Assembly: GCA_964016885.1 (NCBI GenBank)
Contig: OZ024740.1
Span: 175,460,001 to 175,524,000 of the forward strand
Length of the DNA stretch: 64,000 nt
Reading direction: 5' to 3'
DNA from: Eledone cirrhosa
Taxonomy: Eukaryota
Shown one piece after another: positions 29,101 to 40,984 of the stretch. Positions within the stretch are counted from its first letter, which is position 1; every line of letters starts with the position of its first letter. The translations under genes were made by a program, and so were the position numbers. A model generated the notes under the pieces. That model saw only the letters and a program-made list of their open reading frames with translations, was not told where the DNA came from and searched no databases.

Positions 29101-29540
29101 ATGGAGGTGCCGTCAGCCGGGCATGTCCGAGATGCGCGCAGGGCGACGAAACCGTCCTGCACGCACTCGTCCAGTGTCCGAAAATTGCTGACTTGTGGGT
29201 TTATGTCGAACACCTGCTGTCGCGTTTAGGACGGATCCGGCTATCATCTGAGTCCATCGTGAGGATTGCCCCGCCCTCCTCCTTTAGCCGGGAAGGGCAG
29301 GCAGTTTTTATCTGCCTGGTGGCCATGGTGAAAGAGATAGTATGGTGGACACGTTTGAAAGGGCTGAAGACGAGCACTTACCTCTTCGGTGATGCTCTGA
29401 TTGACTTTTTCAAATTTCATTTGAAAAGGAAAATCAGGGTAGAGAGGGAAGTGCTCTCTTCCCAGCATTTTGTTGAAAGATGGGTGAGAGAAGCAAGAAT
29501 GGCCCGAGTGAATGGGCCTACTCTGAGTATATATCTGTAA
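26121..29540 (+). CDS. LINE ORF2: AP endonuclease, reverse transcriptase and C-terminal zinc finger (Tx1-like)
   Basis: 1139-aa uninterrupted ORF: SINARGL, ISET, GDWN, SYLD, YTDH, GYWKLN, KSPGLDG, FRPITLLN, LDQSKAFDRV, VRQGCPLS, AYADD, CPRC..ETVLHALVQC. Confidence 0.96.
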   Translation: MTSLRIGSINARGLGSSWKQGHLLNDLRSLNIDVVAISETRISEARAFAPIFGGYDVYASPSRPGSGGGVAVLFRRGLDLAIRAIFLDPEGKLVVLDVTSGDGQAFRLVAVYAPTGAGRPDFFRRLETFLGTSRSLVLVGDWNGILDARWDCVGLADRGGGCKSLTNLLRRFELSDRYRLDFPNVPMWTWTNRIGSSRSYLDRVFCREIDRSSIGCPQFKIVSYTDHKFVICVLDLDRLHRRGPGYWKLNAFLPARKAYRDRISELVKRALTGAIVNNKWWFALKRAIRIESIRFSKALAIEKNRAEGELVRKLDEALSKGIATDVLAAKLALDQFFNAKHEGCVVRARVRALRHEGTKAVQWARVAEARRGNKATIRSLVDHDGRMLLDPGQMCEAFQRHFAQLFGGSGGPGRGMDFSVYLDGLPRISATEAKCCEKPITAAEVREAMTGCTRGKSPGLDGLPYELYVQMPDLFGGLLADVYCNWQQNWRIPSSVSRGAVALLRKDPNKGDNIDNFRPITLLNTEFKILAKVLAKRLALVVGGLVGEAQTCAIPDRSIHDNLHLMRYIIERVAKEPGTGGSLINLDQSKAFDRVDHRYLAAVLRAAGFGPVFRGWIAAMHSDICSVVRVNGHLSEPFNIMRSVRQGCPLSSLLYVLTLEPLLHKLETLRGVPRELGCGRSVSAYADDVTVVVSSAKHIEAIGTTLREYEAVTGAMINQEKSVGLQLGTWRGRSMPSNSVVGRWTDGPVKLLGVWFGPDLQTDKNWDEVTSRVATLTQKWAERKLSLKGRAEVANAYIASVICYRLTVVPCPKPRLTALERLLFRFLWKGRAPMVRRSICCQHPLRGGLGMPWLMMRRHALRLRHLHLFLDGDQVWSPFARRVFPQLVSLTELQSWVKRRPRGSAWRLECLQALIALDQSGNVIGGNSTSAFYRGLVEGKSDDVLGETLGVDENQLANLFGRTFGPGPMDNFQKSLAWQCYRGALPVRDKLYRHGGAVSRACPRCAQGDETVLHALVQCPKIADLWVYVEHLLSRLGRIRLSSESIVRIAPPSSFSREGQAVFICLVAMVKEIVWWTRLKGLKTSTYLFGDALIDFFKFHLKRKIRVEREVLSSQHFVERWVREARMARVNGPTLSIYL

Positions 29541-29799
29541 ATTAAAGGTGGAAAACTGGGAGAGGGCACTTGCCTTGGTGGTCAGGGTCATTGTGGCTTT
29601 TTACTGGGCTTTCACCACAAATGTCCCTCCGAAGTCTCCCCCCTATTGGGGAATTTTTCATTGTTATTTTCATTGTTATTTTTGTTACATCCTCTGTTTT
29701 TGTTTTTTACACGCAGAAATGCCCATTTGTACCGTCCTGCATTGTCCTGCACTGTCCTTAATGTCTACTTTATGTAAACCCTTGTGGTTAATAAAGAAA

Positions 29800-29833
<34 letters not shown>

Positions 29834-29834
29834 G

Positions 29835-30048
29835 TGGAAGGGCGGTGGATTCGCAGTATCAGTAGCGAGTCGGACGCCATGCTTTGCAGCAAAGAGTTAC
29901 GGTCCTTTATGGTCTGAGTTCAAATCTCGCCGAGGTTAACTTTGCCTTTCATCCTCACGGGGTCGATAAAATAAAGTACCAGTAATACACTGGGATAATT
30001 GCTGGCCATGTGCCAAAAGTAGAAACTATTATTATTATTATTATTATT
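29835..30048 (+). mobile_element. tRNA-derived SINE with (TAT)n tail
   Basis: Same sequence as 14356-14539. Confidence 0.9.
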
Positions 30049-32360
30049 GAAGGTGAATCCACGCTTCATGTCGGCTCCAGTTTTTTTTCAACTGCGCACA
30101 TTTATTTCGATCGCTTCTAACTTTTTATTCAAGTTTTAAACTTGATAAAGTTTAAAGCAAGTGACCTGCTTAAAGCAAGTGACCTGCTTAAAGCAAGTGA
30201 CCGAGGATGATTTCACTGAATTCGTAAAATTCCACTGAAACAAAAAAACAAAAATTGTTAAAAAATGGATACCACTAGAAAGAGAGAGAGAGAGAGAGAG
30301 CGCTGTAAGACTCATTAAGAGAGGAAGACGTTGTCAACATGTCAACAAGACAGCGTTCTAGCGAAGGTGAATACAAAAGAAAATATTTCGAAAGAAAAGA
30401 AAAAATGATATTGTTTCAGACGTAGTACAGCCAAATGGTTCTGACACAAATAACACCAACAATAACACCAACAATAACACCAACAACAACACCATCAATA
30501 ATAACATCAACAACGTAAATAACATCGATAAGGTTGAGAAAGAAAATAACAATGACAATAACAACAACCACAACAACAATAACAGTATCAACGAAAGCAA
30601 CAATAATAACAGCCACAACAACAATAACAGCAGCAACAGTATTAACGAAAACAATAACAATGACAACAACATCAATAACAGTAACAACGATCCCAGCAGC
30701 AACAACAAGACCAGTAGCAGCAGTAGCGGCAGCAACAATACGGCCGCTGAAAAGGGATCCATTTCTTTTGCGGGGGTGGCCCGTAATATAGAGACAGTGG
30801 TAGTCACGGAGGAGGAGACGACGGTTGCAAGAACCATGGTGACTAGGAAATCAAATAGAGTCTCCCCGAAACCTCCACCAGAGTTTTTCAAAGGTCAGCA
30901 GCTGCATACGCTTACATACTGTAACAAATTATTTCGGGATGAGAGGGCCACGGAAGCTCAAATTCAAAACACCTTGGGGTGCGTCTGGGAACGCAAAACC
31001 CACATCACCCGAGGCAAAAAGTATGCCACCGTGGACGTACTTTTTGCCACCCCTCAAGAGGTGAAGTCTCGCACTTTTGTAACTATAAAGAGTGAAGAGA
31101 TAGTGTTAGTGCCCTCCTACTGCGGGCAGAACATATTGAGGGTCAAAGTGACCCAGCTCCCGCCCGAGGTGCCCATACCTTGGCAGACCGCATCTGCCCT
31201 CGCCGGAGTTGAGAACAGGACGACCACGCTGCAAGTGCAGAGGATAGAGAGGGAGAACTGGTCAGTTATTGGAATGCAAATGCTAATCCAAACTGACCAG
31301 GAGTATATCGAGGCTATCCCGGACGTCATGGACCTTGAAGAAGGAGTTCAACTTCCCATAAGCGTGGAAGGAAGGCGCTAAAGTGCTATCTCTGTGGGTC
31401 GAAGTGTCACGTCAGGGCCTTTTGCCCGTAGAAGACAGCAAAGTAGAAGGCCCTCCTCCTTCCGACGCCTGGTCCACTGCTACCAGGAGCAGGGCAGGCA
31501 TCTTAGGCGTCAGATCCTTACGCAGTGAGTAGGAGGGCAACGTCCGCGGCACCCATCCCAAGGCCGTGGACGACTAAAACAGCGGCAACACCAATTGCTA
31601 TAGTCGCAATAGCTATACCGGCGGCAAAATCGCCGGAGCGGGTTCCACTACCACCATCAACAGCCGTGGAGCTCATACTCCTTCTAGACCCCACGGAATC
31701 CGACATGGAGTGTGAGGCGGGAGTCAAGTAGCAAAAGGTCTGCCACAAAAAGAAAAGGAAAAAAACCCTTAGCTTTGCCCTCCAAAAGCGAGGTCAAACA
31801 AAGAGGGGTAAAGGCTGCAAGGCGACTTACAGCAACACCACCACAAGCATCACCACCAACAACAACATCGCAAACCCAACAAGGCACACACACCCAACAG
31901 CAATATCGATAGAGAGTCGGACACCATGCTTTGCAGCATAGAGTTACGGTCCTTTATGGTCTGAGTTCAAATCCCAACGCGGTTAACTTTGCCTTTCATC
32001 CTTACGGGGTCGATAACATAAAGTACCAGTAACGCACTGGGTAATTGCTGGCCTTGTGCCAAAAGTAGAAATAATTATAAACAGTTAAAACAAAAATTCC
32101 CCAACTGCGTTGGGGATTTCAGATGGTCGCTCTCCAAAAGAATATACATTGATATTATCTTAGAGACACCCATGACCAGCCGAAGGGACGGATCGACTGT
32201 CCCTTTCCCACACACTTCTATCTTCTTGTTATAGCCTTTTTACACGGCCCAAACCCACTTAGTATCGTCCTGTACCGTTCTATGCCGACTGTATTGTTTT
32301 TCTTCATGTTAGCCCTTGTGGCCAATAAAGAAATCAACATCATCATCATCATCATTATTA
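30049..32360 (+). mobile_element. internally deleted Tx1-like copy (5' UTR, ORF1 remnant, 3' tail; ORF2 absent), with a SINE inserted at ~31900-32075
   Basis: ORF 30776-31381 is homologous to ORF1 (ERKTHITRGKKYATVDVLFATP); 3' end cccttgtggccaataaagaaatc matches ~29780. Confidence 0.85.
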
Positions 32361-32367
32361 CTATTCT

Positions 32368-32568
32368 GTAGAGGTTTGGACGCTATTCTTTCTCTCATAG
32401 AGTTACGTACCTTTACGGTCTGAGTTCTAATCCCGCCGATGTTAACTTTGCCTTTCATCCTTACGGGTCGATAAAATAAAGTACCAGTCACGCACTTGTG
32501 TCGATTTAATCGACTTTCCCCTCCGCCAAAATTGCTGGTCTTGTGCTATATATGAAGCCATTATTATT
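32368..32568 (+). mobile_element. SINE copy
   Basis: B-box and conserved core. Confidence 0.82.
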
Positions 32569-32787
32569 GAGTGTCAGAATGTGAAGACGTGTTATTGTGG
32601 ATTGTCTCTCTGTTGACCACTGGCCGCTGGTCTCTGTCCTCTAAGACACTTTTGCCCATCGCTGTTTTTGACAGCATTTAGCTGTTCTAACAGCTACTTT
32701 AGCGATGAGTTTTCTCATTTTTATATGTATTGAAATACAATTTCCCTTCGTCTCGATCAGAGACAACATTTAAAAAATTATTATTTA

Positions 32788-33022
32788 AAGGTGATGCATT
32801 GGCAGCATAAGCAGAGCGTCCGTCAACATGTTTTTGCGACATATAGTAACGATAATGTTACGTTCTGAGTTCCAATCTTCTCGAGGTTAGCTTTGCCTTT
32901 CCTCCTTATGGGATCAATAAAATGAAGTACCAGTAATGCATTGGGTTGATTGAATCGACTTTCCTCACCTCGCAAAAAATTGTTGACCTTGTGCTTAAAT
33001 CAGAAACCATTACTATTATTAT
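32788..33022 (+). mobile_element. diverged SINE copy
   Basis: A/B-box-like motifs and degenerate core. Confidence 0.7.
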
Positions 33023-33979
33023 CAAAATAGACGGCAAAGTGGCAAAGAATTTAGTAGGTCGGATAGATGGTTCTTTGTTATTCATTCTGATTTTCTGCAC
33101 TCTGAGTTCAAATCATTTTTGTCTACATATAAATATCAGAGATATATGCTCTAAAGATAAGATTATAGTTATTAATACTGCTATATCAACAAATGAAAAC
33201 TTATTAATCTCTGAAGTCATTGACTTGGGTGAATAGTGCATATTGTATGTTATCAACAGTGCATTTAATAATGCATAAATACAATACTGTTTAGAGATAA
33301 TACTGTATATATAAATATATAATATCTGTCAGCTAACTAGGAAACCTTCAACAACGTAGCTATTACAATAATACCCTGATTATTGCGGGTTACAAGGGGT
33401 AAATTAAATATATACTTAACCGAAGGAATAGCGCAACCGCTGGCGGTAACGCATCCTATGAAACCCACGGAGGGGGAGATCCGGCTGGGAATACAGCACG
33501 CACCCCCGGAAGTAAAACTACACAACGGCATATTAATGGAACTAATCCTAGAAGAGTTGTGAACCTAATTGAAAATAACTCTGGGTACAGTTTAATTAAA
33601 TGGGGATCCGACTTAACCTATCATGGAAAACGAGGATGCCAGCGTAGTAAACAGGGAAGGGCCGCGCAGCCCTAATAAAGGCCTAGTGGGAACGTGGACC
33701 ATTCGGGCCACCTCCCACACTGCGAACTGGGATCCTCCGGTTCGGCATGCTCCTATCGGCATAGACAATCCGATGGGCAGCAGCGAACCGGAGGGCAAGA
33801 CTATTGCATGCACCCATGGCAATTGCGTAACACATACCTGGACAGAGCAGGCAACGAGACCGGAGCCAACACTGGGAAGCGAACCTGTTCCTGCAATGTA
33901 TGACATAACCCACACTTCTGCGCCAGATTACGTAGCAACCTCGCAGACACTTTCTTCAGGGCCTTGGGTAAGCACTTCT

Positions 33980-34635
33980 TGAAATAGCACAGGTACCGCG
34001 CCATTTTCAAAAGGCACACAATTAAATTGTCCTACTCCACACCAAGAAACCTGGCACAAAATATAGAAACCTTAAGCCGGAGTAGATTAAGAAACACACG
34101 CGACTATAGGACGGTCAGCAACCGTAATGAAGCATACAACCCAAATCTTCCTCCTTCGATAATAACACAAAGGATCGGGGGCGACTACGGAATCATACAG
34201 CACGATCCTGTAATCCAGTAGAAGCCCCTGTAACTGCCCCCTGGAGGCCAAATGCCTCAGCAGTAGCTTAGTTTATGAATGTAGAGTAAATACCAATAGC
34301 CAAACCTTCACCTATATTGGAGCTACGGCTAATAAATTTAAGGGAATGTAAGCTAATAAATTAAGGGAATTGATAAGAAAAACAGCACCGCCCTCTTCGA
34401 ACAGATGTGGCGACTCAAGCATGACAACATTGGATACACCCTGTCGTGGTCCAAAGTCACCACAGCCCAACTCTATAGGGGAGGAAGGCATGACTCATGC
34501 AATTTCTGTGTTACCGAAATTATGGAGATAATTCAGAGGAGAACACAAGTTATTAATAAAAGAAATGACCTATTCAGCACGTGCCACCAAAGATCTACTG
34601 GAACCTTCTTCACATTGTACATATTAGCAGCGTAG
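33980..34635 (+). mobile_element. degenerate PLE 3' fragment (linker and GIY-YIG)
   Basis: HRYRAIFKRHTIKLSYST, LVYECRV...TYIGAT, NSTAL...W, SCNFCVTE...INKR. Confidence 0.8.
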
Positions 34636-35017
34636 ATGTACTGGCTATGGTCTAGTACAAAGCTTGACCATGGGAGCCGGGCGTGGCTGCACACCGACAC
34701 CAACCTCGAACGAAACCTGGATAGCCTGTAATCGTCTGCCCCAAATCACACTAACACCACTCTGTTATACACATATAGGATTGTATACTCGTGACATGAG
34801 GGTCTGTGTTTTATATTCCTTTGTTCCTTGTTCTCCGTATGCATACCTGCACTTGTATTCATATATACCACTATATGTTCTATGTTTCTTTGTTCGCTAC
34901 CTATATCTTGCATCCACAGTCTAGTAGTCCTTATTTGTTGGGGAATTGTTGTTGTTGTCATTGTTATTATTAATACCACTATAGTAACAAATAACTACTA
35001 TTGTTGTTACCGGTGCT

Positions 35018-35210
35018 ATGGCAGTATCGGTGGAAGGTCGGACGCCATGCTTTGTAGCATAGAGCTACGCACCTTTACAGTCTGAGTTCAAATCCCGCCG
35101 AGGTTAACTATGCCTTTCATCCTTACGGGGTCGATAAAATAAAGTACCAGTCGTGCACTGGGGTCGATTTAATCGCCTTTCGCCTCCCCCCAAATTGCTG
35201 GCCTTGTGGG
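35018..35210 (+). mobile_element. SINE copy
   Basis: A-box, B-box and core. Confidence 0.87.
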
Positions 35211-35562
35211 AATTTATTTACAACGACCGATACCATCAAAGCATTTTTTGTTGCCGTCGTCGTCGTGATCGATTTCATTACTAGTGTTGTTGTTGTCGCC
35301 GCTGCTTGGCTATCTGGTGGGGAAGGAGTTGTTGCCATAAAGAGGGTATTGTTATCACTGCTACTACAATGGCCAATGTAGGCGATGTGGTCGGTGTTGT
35401 TGTTGAATGTAGCTGTCATCACACTGATTATATCGCTTGCCCTCAGAATTCATTTTATTTCTTCCCCTATCTTTTGAAATCTAGCTACCCATAAACTATT
35501 GTCTGGTGCAAGTCCCTGCAACACAGTTGAAGGGTCATCTTTTTGGTAATTTACGACCCCAG

Positions 35563-35593
<31 letters not shown>

Positions 35594-35870
35594 GGGGGGG
35601 GTGTATGTGTGCATAAGTCAAGATTCACTAATTGACACATAGATAGCGCCTCGCTCAGCAAATTGTAAACAAAACGGCTGGGAAAGACCCTTAAGGAACT
35701 TATATGTCAGCTGAGGGCACGAACAGAAGGACGTGCTTTTTAGCTTGCGACATATCAGAAAATCGGATTTTTCACCTGAGGATACTGTTCTCATAACAAA
35801 TGCATAAGAGAACCGTTGAAATAATTATTATGAATAAACGATTTATGTAACATCGGCATCTTAATGTTAT

Positions 35871-36006
<136 letters not shown>

Positions 36007-36317
36007 GTATGTGTGTGTGTGTGTGTATTAATGTACACATTGTTTGACTATCGTCGGTTTTGACGCCGAGAGATCACTAGAAGAGTTTGCTCGTGAAATT
36101 AACGCACTTATGGCTGAGAATTCCCCTGACATGTATACTCTTAAAGTAGTTCTTTGGGTGATTCTGTGTGACACAGATTATGTGTTCCAGCTAAGTGGAT
36201 TGGAGAAACGTGAAATAAAGTGACTTACTGAAGGAAACAACGCGCGCCGAGAAATCAACAGACATGCACCTTGAGCACTAAGTCATGTGACATCAGAGTG
36301 TATAATTATAATAGTGT

Positions 36318-36740
36318 GACTGTATGGCGTCAGGGAGCGAAGTGAGATGCTGCACGGTAGAGAAACATGGGCTGTGACTGTAGAGGTTGCGTAGACTGGA
36401 GAGATATGAAGCAACCATGTTTCGTTGCATGTGTAATGTAAGTGTGAGAGAAAGGCAGAGCTTGGACTAGCTGAAGGAGAAGCTGGATTTAAGAGGAATC
36501 TGATGTAGGAGAGATGCCTGCGTTGGTATGGATATCGTCGGGTGAAGAAATGCCAGGAAAACCCAGTGGAAGGAAACCGCAGTAGAGGAAGACCAAGAAG
36601 GACCTGGACCGAGGTTGTGAGAGCTCGCATCAAATCGCTGAGACACATAGAGGAGATGACGAAGGAGCGCGATACGTGGAGAGATACTGTGCTGAAAAGT
36701 ACTCGACGAAACCATGCAAGCGTAGAGAAGCGGATGTAAA
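36318..36740 (+). mobile_element. RTE-group LINE 3' fragment
   Basis: MLHGRETWAV, LRWYG, VEGNRSRGRPRRTW; followed by (TGA)/(TAG)n. Confidence 0.65.
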
Positions 36741-36753
36741 AATTATGATGATG

Positions 36754-36815
<62 letters not shown>

Positions 36816-38197
36816 ATAAATATAAGAAAATATAATATGTATTAAAGTATTTGAAAATATTGCCTCCTTCTTCCAGTGCACAGGACTCTTATGAACATTA
36901 CATTAGCTTTTGCGTGTTCATTTGTGTTTTATGTGCAGTTTCTTTATTACGTTGGTCTTCATGTCGGTGCTTTGTAATAATCTTACTATTGATTGAACTC
37001 CAATAAGGTGGAGAATCTGAACTCAGAAATGCCAAGAACCGGAACATACACAGCAAAATATGTCCCTAATCCATTACACGGGGTTGGTGTCATTTATCGA
37101 CGGTGACGTTTGACCTCGACGGAAGTATTGGGATCATTATAGCTAAAACATCTTTGCCTTGGGGTCAGCTTGATTAGTGCTAACCTGGGAGTAAACAACA
37201 ACAAACTACGACGACGACATCAACAAAAAAAGCAACAATGACGACGAAGACAACAACAACCATAAAACAACAGTAACCACGTTAAAACTAAAATAAGAAA
37301 ATAATAAGCACACAATAATTAAAATGATTATAACACTTAGAGAGTATTACATAAGCAGAACACAGTCGACGAATAATCCCTTGGCAAACTGACACAGATA
37401 ACGCGTCTTTAAAGAGAATACTGTTAGTTATTACAGGCTACATATAGACTGATGATAGACAAGCTGCATATTGGCCAGCACACTGGGTTGACATCGGATC
37501 ACTGCTGTTTGGACTAATTGTGTTAATCTGTATAGCATTACTGACGAATAGCAACATCACCGACTGACACACCACGTATTATATTAAAAAGCAGTGTTTT
37601 TTTCCCAAAGCTAAAAAAATGACAACAACGAAAACAACAGCTATTACTAAACAAAGAAAACACTAATCGTAAAAACAAAACGAGTACGACAACATTATAT
37701 TCATATAAACTACAAAAGATAGACGACAAAACATCTATATTGATATATGAACATCCCATTTGTCATGTTTGATGTTACGTTCTACTAAATTCGAACAAGA
37801 ATAATTAATGTACTCCCATGACTAATAACATAAAAAAGACGAATCTTAGACATTATATTTATATGTACGCACACAGAAACATACACACATTCACACGCAC
37901 ACACACTTACATACAGACACAAACGTGAACCACAAACACTCACAAGGGCAAAGATTCTCTCACACACACTTTCACTCGCACATATAAATACTCACACTAA
38001 TACACGCTCACACACAAACATTCACACTCATACACTCTCACACACAAAGTCTCAGATACACAAGTACACACACAGAGACTGACGTACACACTCCCACGCC
38101 CCTCCCCATATATATCTAATAAAGAGTACTAGAGAAGATTAATCGCCGTTAATTGTAATTTTTCAACTTACTACAGTTTATATAGGAGACTATCATG

Positions 38198-38230
<33 letters not shown>

Positions 38231-38589
38231 ACATACATACATACATACATACATACATACATACATACATACATACATACATACATACATACATAACTAT
38301 ATATTGAATGACGCTGTCAAAATGTTCCGTCCAGGGGCCTTTACGTCCAATCTGTTTGATAATTATTCAGAGTAAAAAAAAATTCGTTGAAGCTTCTAAG
38401 AAATTAACTTAGCGGAACACGGAACCTTTCTATGGATTTCACTGGGTTGCTCGCCATCAGATTACATTGAGTTCTATCTACGGTACGGACCCTACCACCA
38501 AGGGTAGACAAGGGTAAAAAAAAAATTCTCGCTCTACATCGCTGAATACAATAAATGTAGTCTGAGTTTTTCGAATATTAGTAATAATA

Positions 38590-39056
38590 TTCATTTGCAA
38601 GTATGCAAACAGCATCTTTTTTAAAGCCATGTCAGTAGAATGAGCCCCTCATTCTTGCTCTTCTGTTGGCATGTAATTTTTTTTTCTTTTTTTATTTATT
38701 TATTTGAATATGGCAAAGCCGGCCATTGATCGCTCGCATACAGGAAACTGACTGGCCAGTCTGCTGATATGCAAATCTGGCTGATCAGTGGATCTGCTAA
38801 TATGCAGATCTGACTGCTCAGCCAGTCTGTTAATATGCAAATCAGGCTGATCAGTCACAGTATATTTTACAAAATATCATATATTTTCACTAGCTCTTAC
38901 AGTTGACAGGTAAAGTCAATTGCACTGATGAAGGGTGATACCCAGAAACATTAGTGTCTGCAGTTCTGTTTACATACCAACACAAGAGCAAGAATGAGGG
39001 GCTCATTCTACTGACATGGCTTTAAAAAAGAGGCTGTTTGCATAATTGCAAACGAA
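38590..39056 (+). mobile_element. small non-coding element with ~78-bp inverted arms enclosing a hammerhead
   Basis: 38594-38669 is the reverse complement of 38977-39052; internal short tandem repeats with ATGCAAAT. Confidence 0.75.
38919..38964 (+). ncRNA. type I hammerhead
   Basis: attgca CTGATGA a-gggt-gat-accc-a GAAAC attagt GTC tgcagt; near-palindromic stem III. Confidence 0.8.
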
Positions 39057-39067
39057 TCGAATATCAT

Positions 39068-39170
39068 CCCGCCGAGGTTAACTTTGCCTTTCATCCTTAC
39101 GAGGTCGATAAAATAAAGTACCAGTAATGCACTGGTAATTGCTGGCCTTGTGCCAAAAGTAGAAACAATT
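39068..39170 (+). mobile_element. 5'-truncated SINE
   Basis: Core and 3' end present. Confidence 0.8.
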
Positions 39171-39228
39171 ATTAATATTGAAAAACTCGGACTACATGTA
39201 TTGTATTTAGCCATGTAGAGCGATAATT

Positions 39229-39307
<79 letters not shown>

Positions 39308-39522
39308 TTCGTTTCTGAATTTGTTTAGCAAGATTCTTTATCTGAAATCGTGTGTTGAAACCGATATTGTTATACTTTGGGAGGGTCATGTTGCCAATAA
39401 GAAACACACGCACCAGTTGCTTTCACTACAATTTAATTTATTATATATTTATAAATTTCCAAATTTATAAATTTCTGGTTGGCTGGTTGGTTCCACAACC
39501 AGATAGTTGTTTATATATATAT

Positions 39523-39567
39523 AGTCATAGTTCTTTCGTCACACACTCTATGACCTCTTCAGTGACT
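39523..39567 (-). ncRNA. hammerhead (inverted copy)
   Basis: Reverse complement of 39676-39720. Confidence 0.75.
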
Positions 39568-39675
39568 GGGGATTTCTTTCTTCGTTTCTGTGCCTTTCCT
39601 TTCTTCTATCCTACGCCATTTTAATGGCGTAGGATAGAAGAAAGGAAAGGCACAGAAACGAAGAAAGAAATCCCC

Positions 39676-39720
39676 AGTCACTGAAGAGGTCATAGAGTGT
39701 GTGACGAAAGAACTATGACT
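39676..39720 (+). ncRNA. type I hammerhead
   Basis: agtca CTGAAGA g-gtca...tgac GAAA gaa CTA tgact; CUA site, 2-bp stem III. Confidence 0.75.
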
Positions 39721-39886
39721 ATATATATATAAACAACTATCTGGTTGTGGAACTAACCAGCCAACCAGAAATTTATAAATTTGTAAATTTATAAATATAT
39801 AATAAATTAAATTGAAGTGAAAGCAACTGGTGCGTGTGTTTCTTATTGGCAACATGACCCCCCCAAAGTATAACAATATATATATA

Positions 39887-40101
39887 TATAAAGAAAAAGA
39901 GATGAAATCGAAAATGCAACTGAAGTCTTATTTTTGTGGTTTTTCTCACAGATGTGAGAAAAACCACAGACCCTCCATCTCAACTCACCTTTTGAAAAGC
40001 AGAAGAACTGCAAAACCGGTAAAGGAACCAAATAAATATATATATTTAAAAAAAAAATAAGACTTCAGTTGCATTTTCGATTTCATCTCTTTTTCTTTAT
40101 A
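39887..40101 (+). mobile_element. ~215-bp hairpin element with ~48-bp arms enclosing a degenerate U3:A8 hammerhead (39988-40025)
   Basis: cctt TTGAAAA gcag-aagaa-ctgc AAAAC cg GTA aagg (G12>A); palindromic stem III accggt. Confidence 0.65.
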
Positions 40102-40156
40102 CTTTCACTCGTGTAGGACACCTCGGTTATTTTTCCTTTTGTAAAAAAAACCTCAC

Positions 40157-40199
<43 letters not shown>

Positions 40200-40375
40200 A
40201 AAAAGTATGACTCCGGCGGCAGAGCTCAAGCCGTCAAAACGGCTTGAGCTCTGCCGTCGGGGTCATACTTTTTCCTATTTCCCACTCTACTACCCTAAGT
40301 ATTGAGTACTCTGGTGCGTTATGATCCATCTGGTTCCTTACCACATTTCCTTTGTTATATATATATATTTTTTTG

Positions 40376-40424
<49 letters not shown>

Positions 40425-40984
40425 ACCAATCCTTTTGACAATTACTATCTTCCCATATAAGGAATTACCCCCTGCGAAGTTCGGCTATTTATTTACCAGG
40501 CTAAAAAATCTTATTTAGTCCAGAATTAGCCGTCGAAACGGCTTGAGCTCTGCCGTCGGGGTCATGCTTGTTCCTATTACCCACTCTACTACCTTAAGTA
40601 TTGAGTACTTTGGTGCGTTATGGTCCATCTGGTTCCTTACCACATTTCCTTCGTTATGTTGTGTTTTCGCATGGTGCGGGTGAAAGAATATGAGCTTGGT
40701 AGAAAAGTCTGGATAAGGCGTGGTAGGGTCCAAAAGTGCTCTACTACGCAAATAGGAGCTAGATAACGAAGGAAATGTGGTAAGGAACCAGATGGACCAT
40801 AACGCACCAAAGTACTGAATACTTAAGGTAGTAGAGTGGGTAATAGGAACAAGCATGACCCCGACGGCAGAGCTGAAGCCGTTTCGACCAAGAACATCCC
40901 AGTTCCACCAAGAACATCCCAGTTCCACCGAGAAAACTTTAACTTCGGATGCTCACGCAAAACATCGACCTCTTTGCGAAAAGA

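Larger units (their letters stand above)
23772..29833 (+). mobile_element. full-length Tx1/L1-clade non-LTR retrotransposon flanked by (ATT)n
   Basis: 5' UTR, ORF1, intact ORF2, 3' UTR with AATAAA and (ATT)n tail. Confidence 0.93.
39364..39879. repeat. ~516-bp near-perfect palindrome (axis 39621/39622), HHR in each arm
   Basis: Centre ctacgccatt-tt-aatggcgtag; arms differ at only a few positions. Confidence 0.92.

Noticed and set aside
33613-33982. ORFs of 70-119 aa on both strands
   Set aside because: No recognisable domain; adjacent to a PLE remnant and likely TE-derived.
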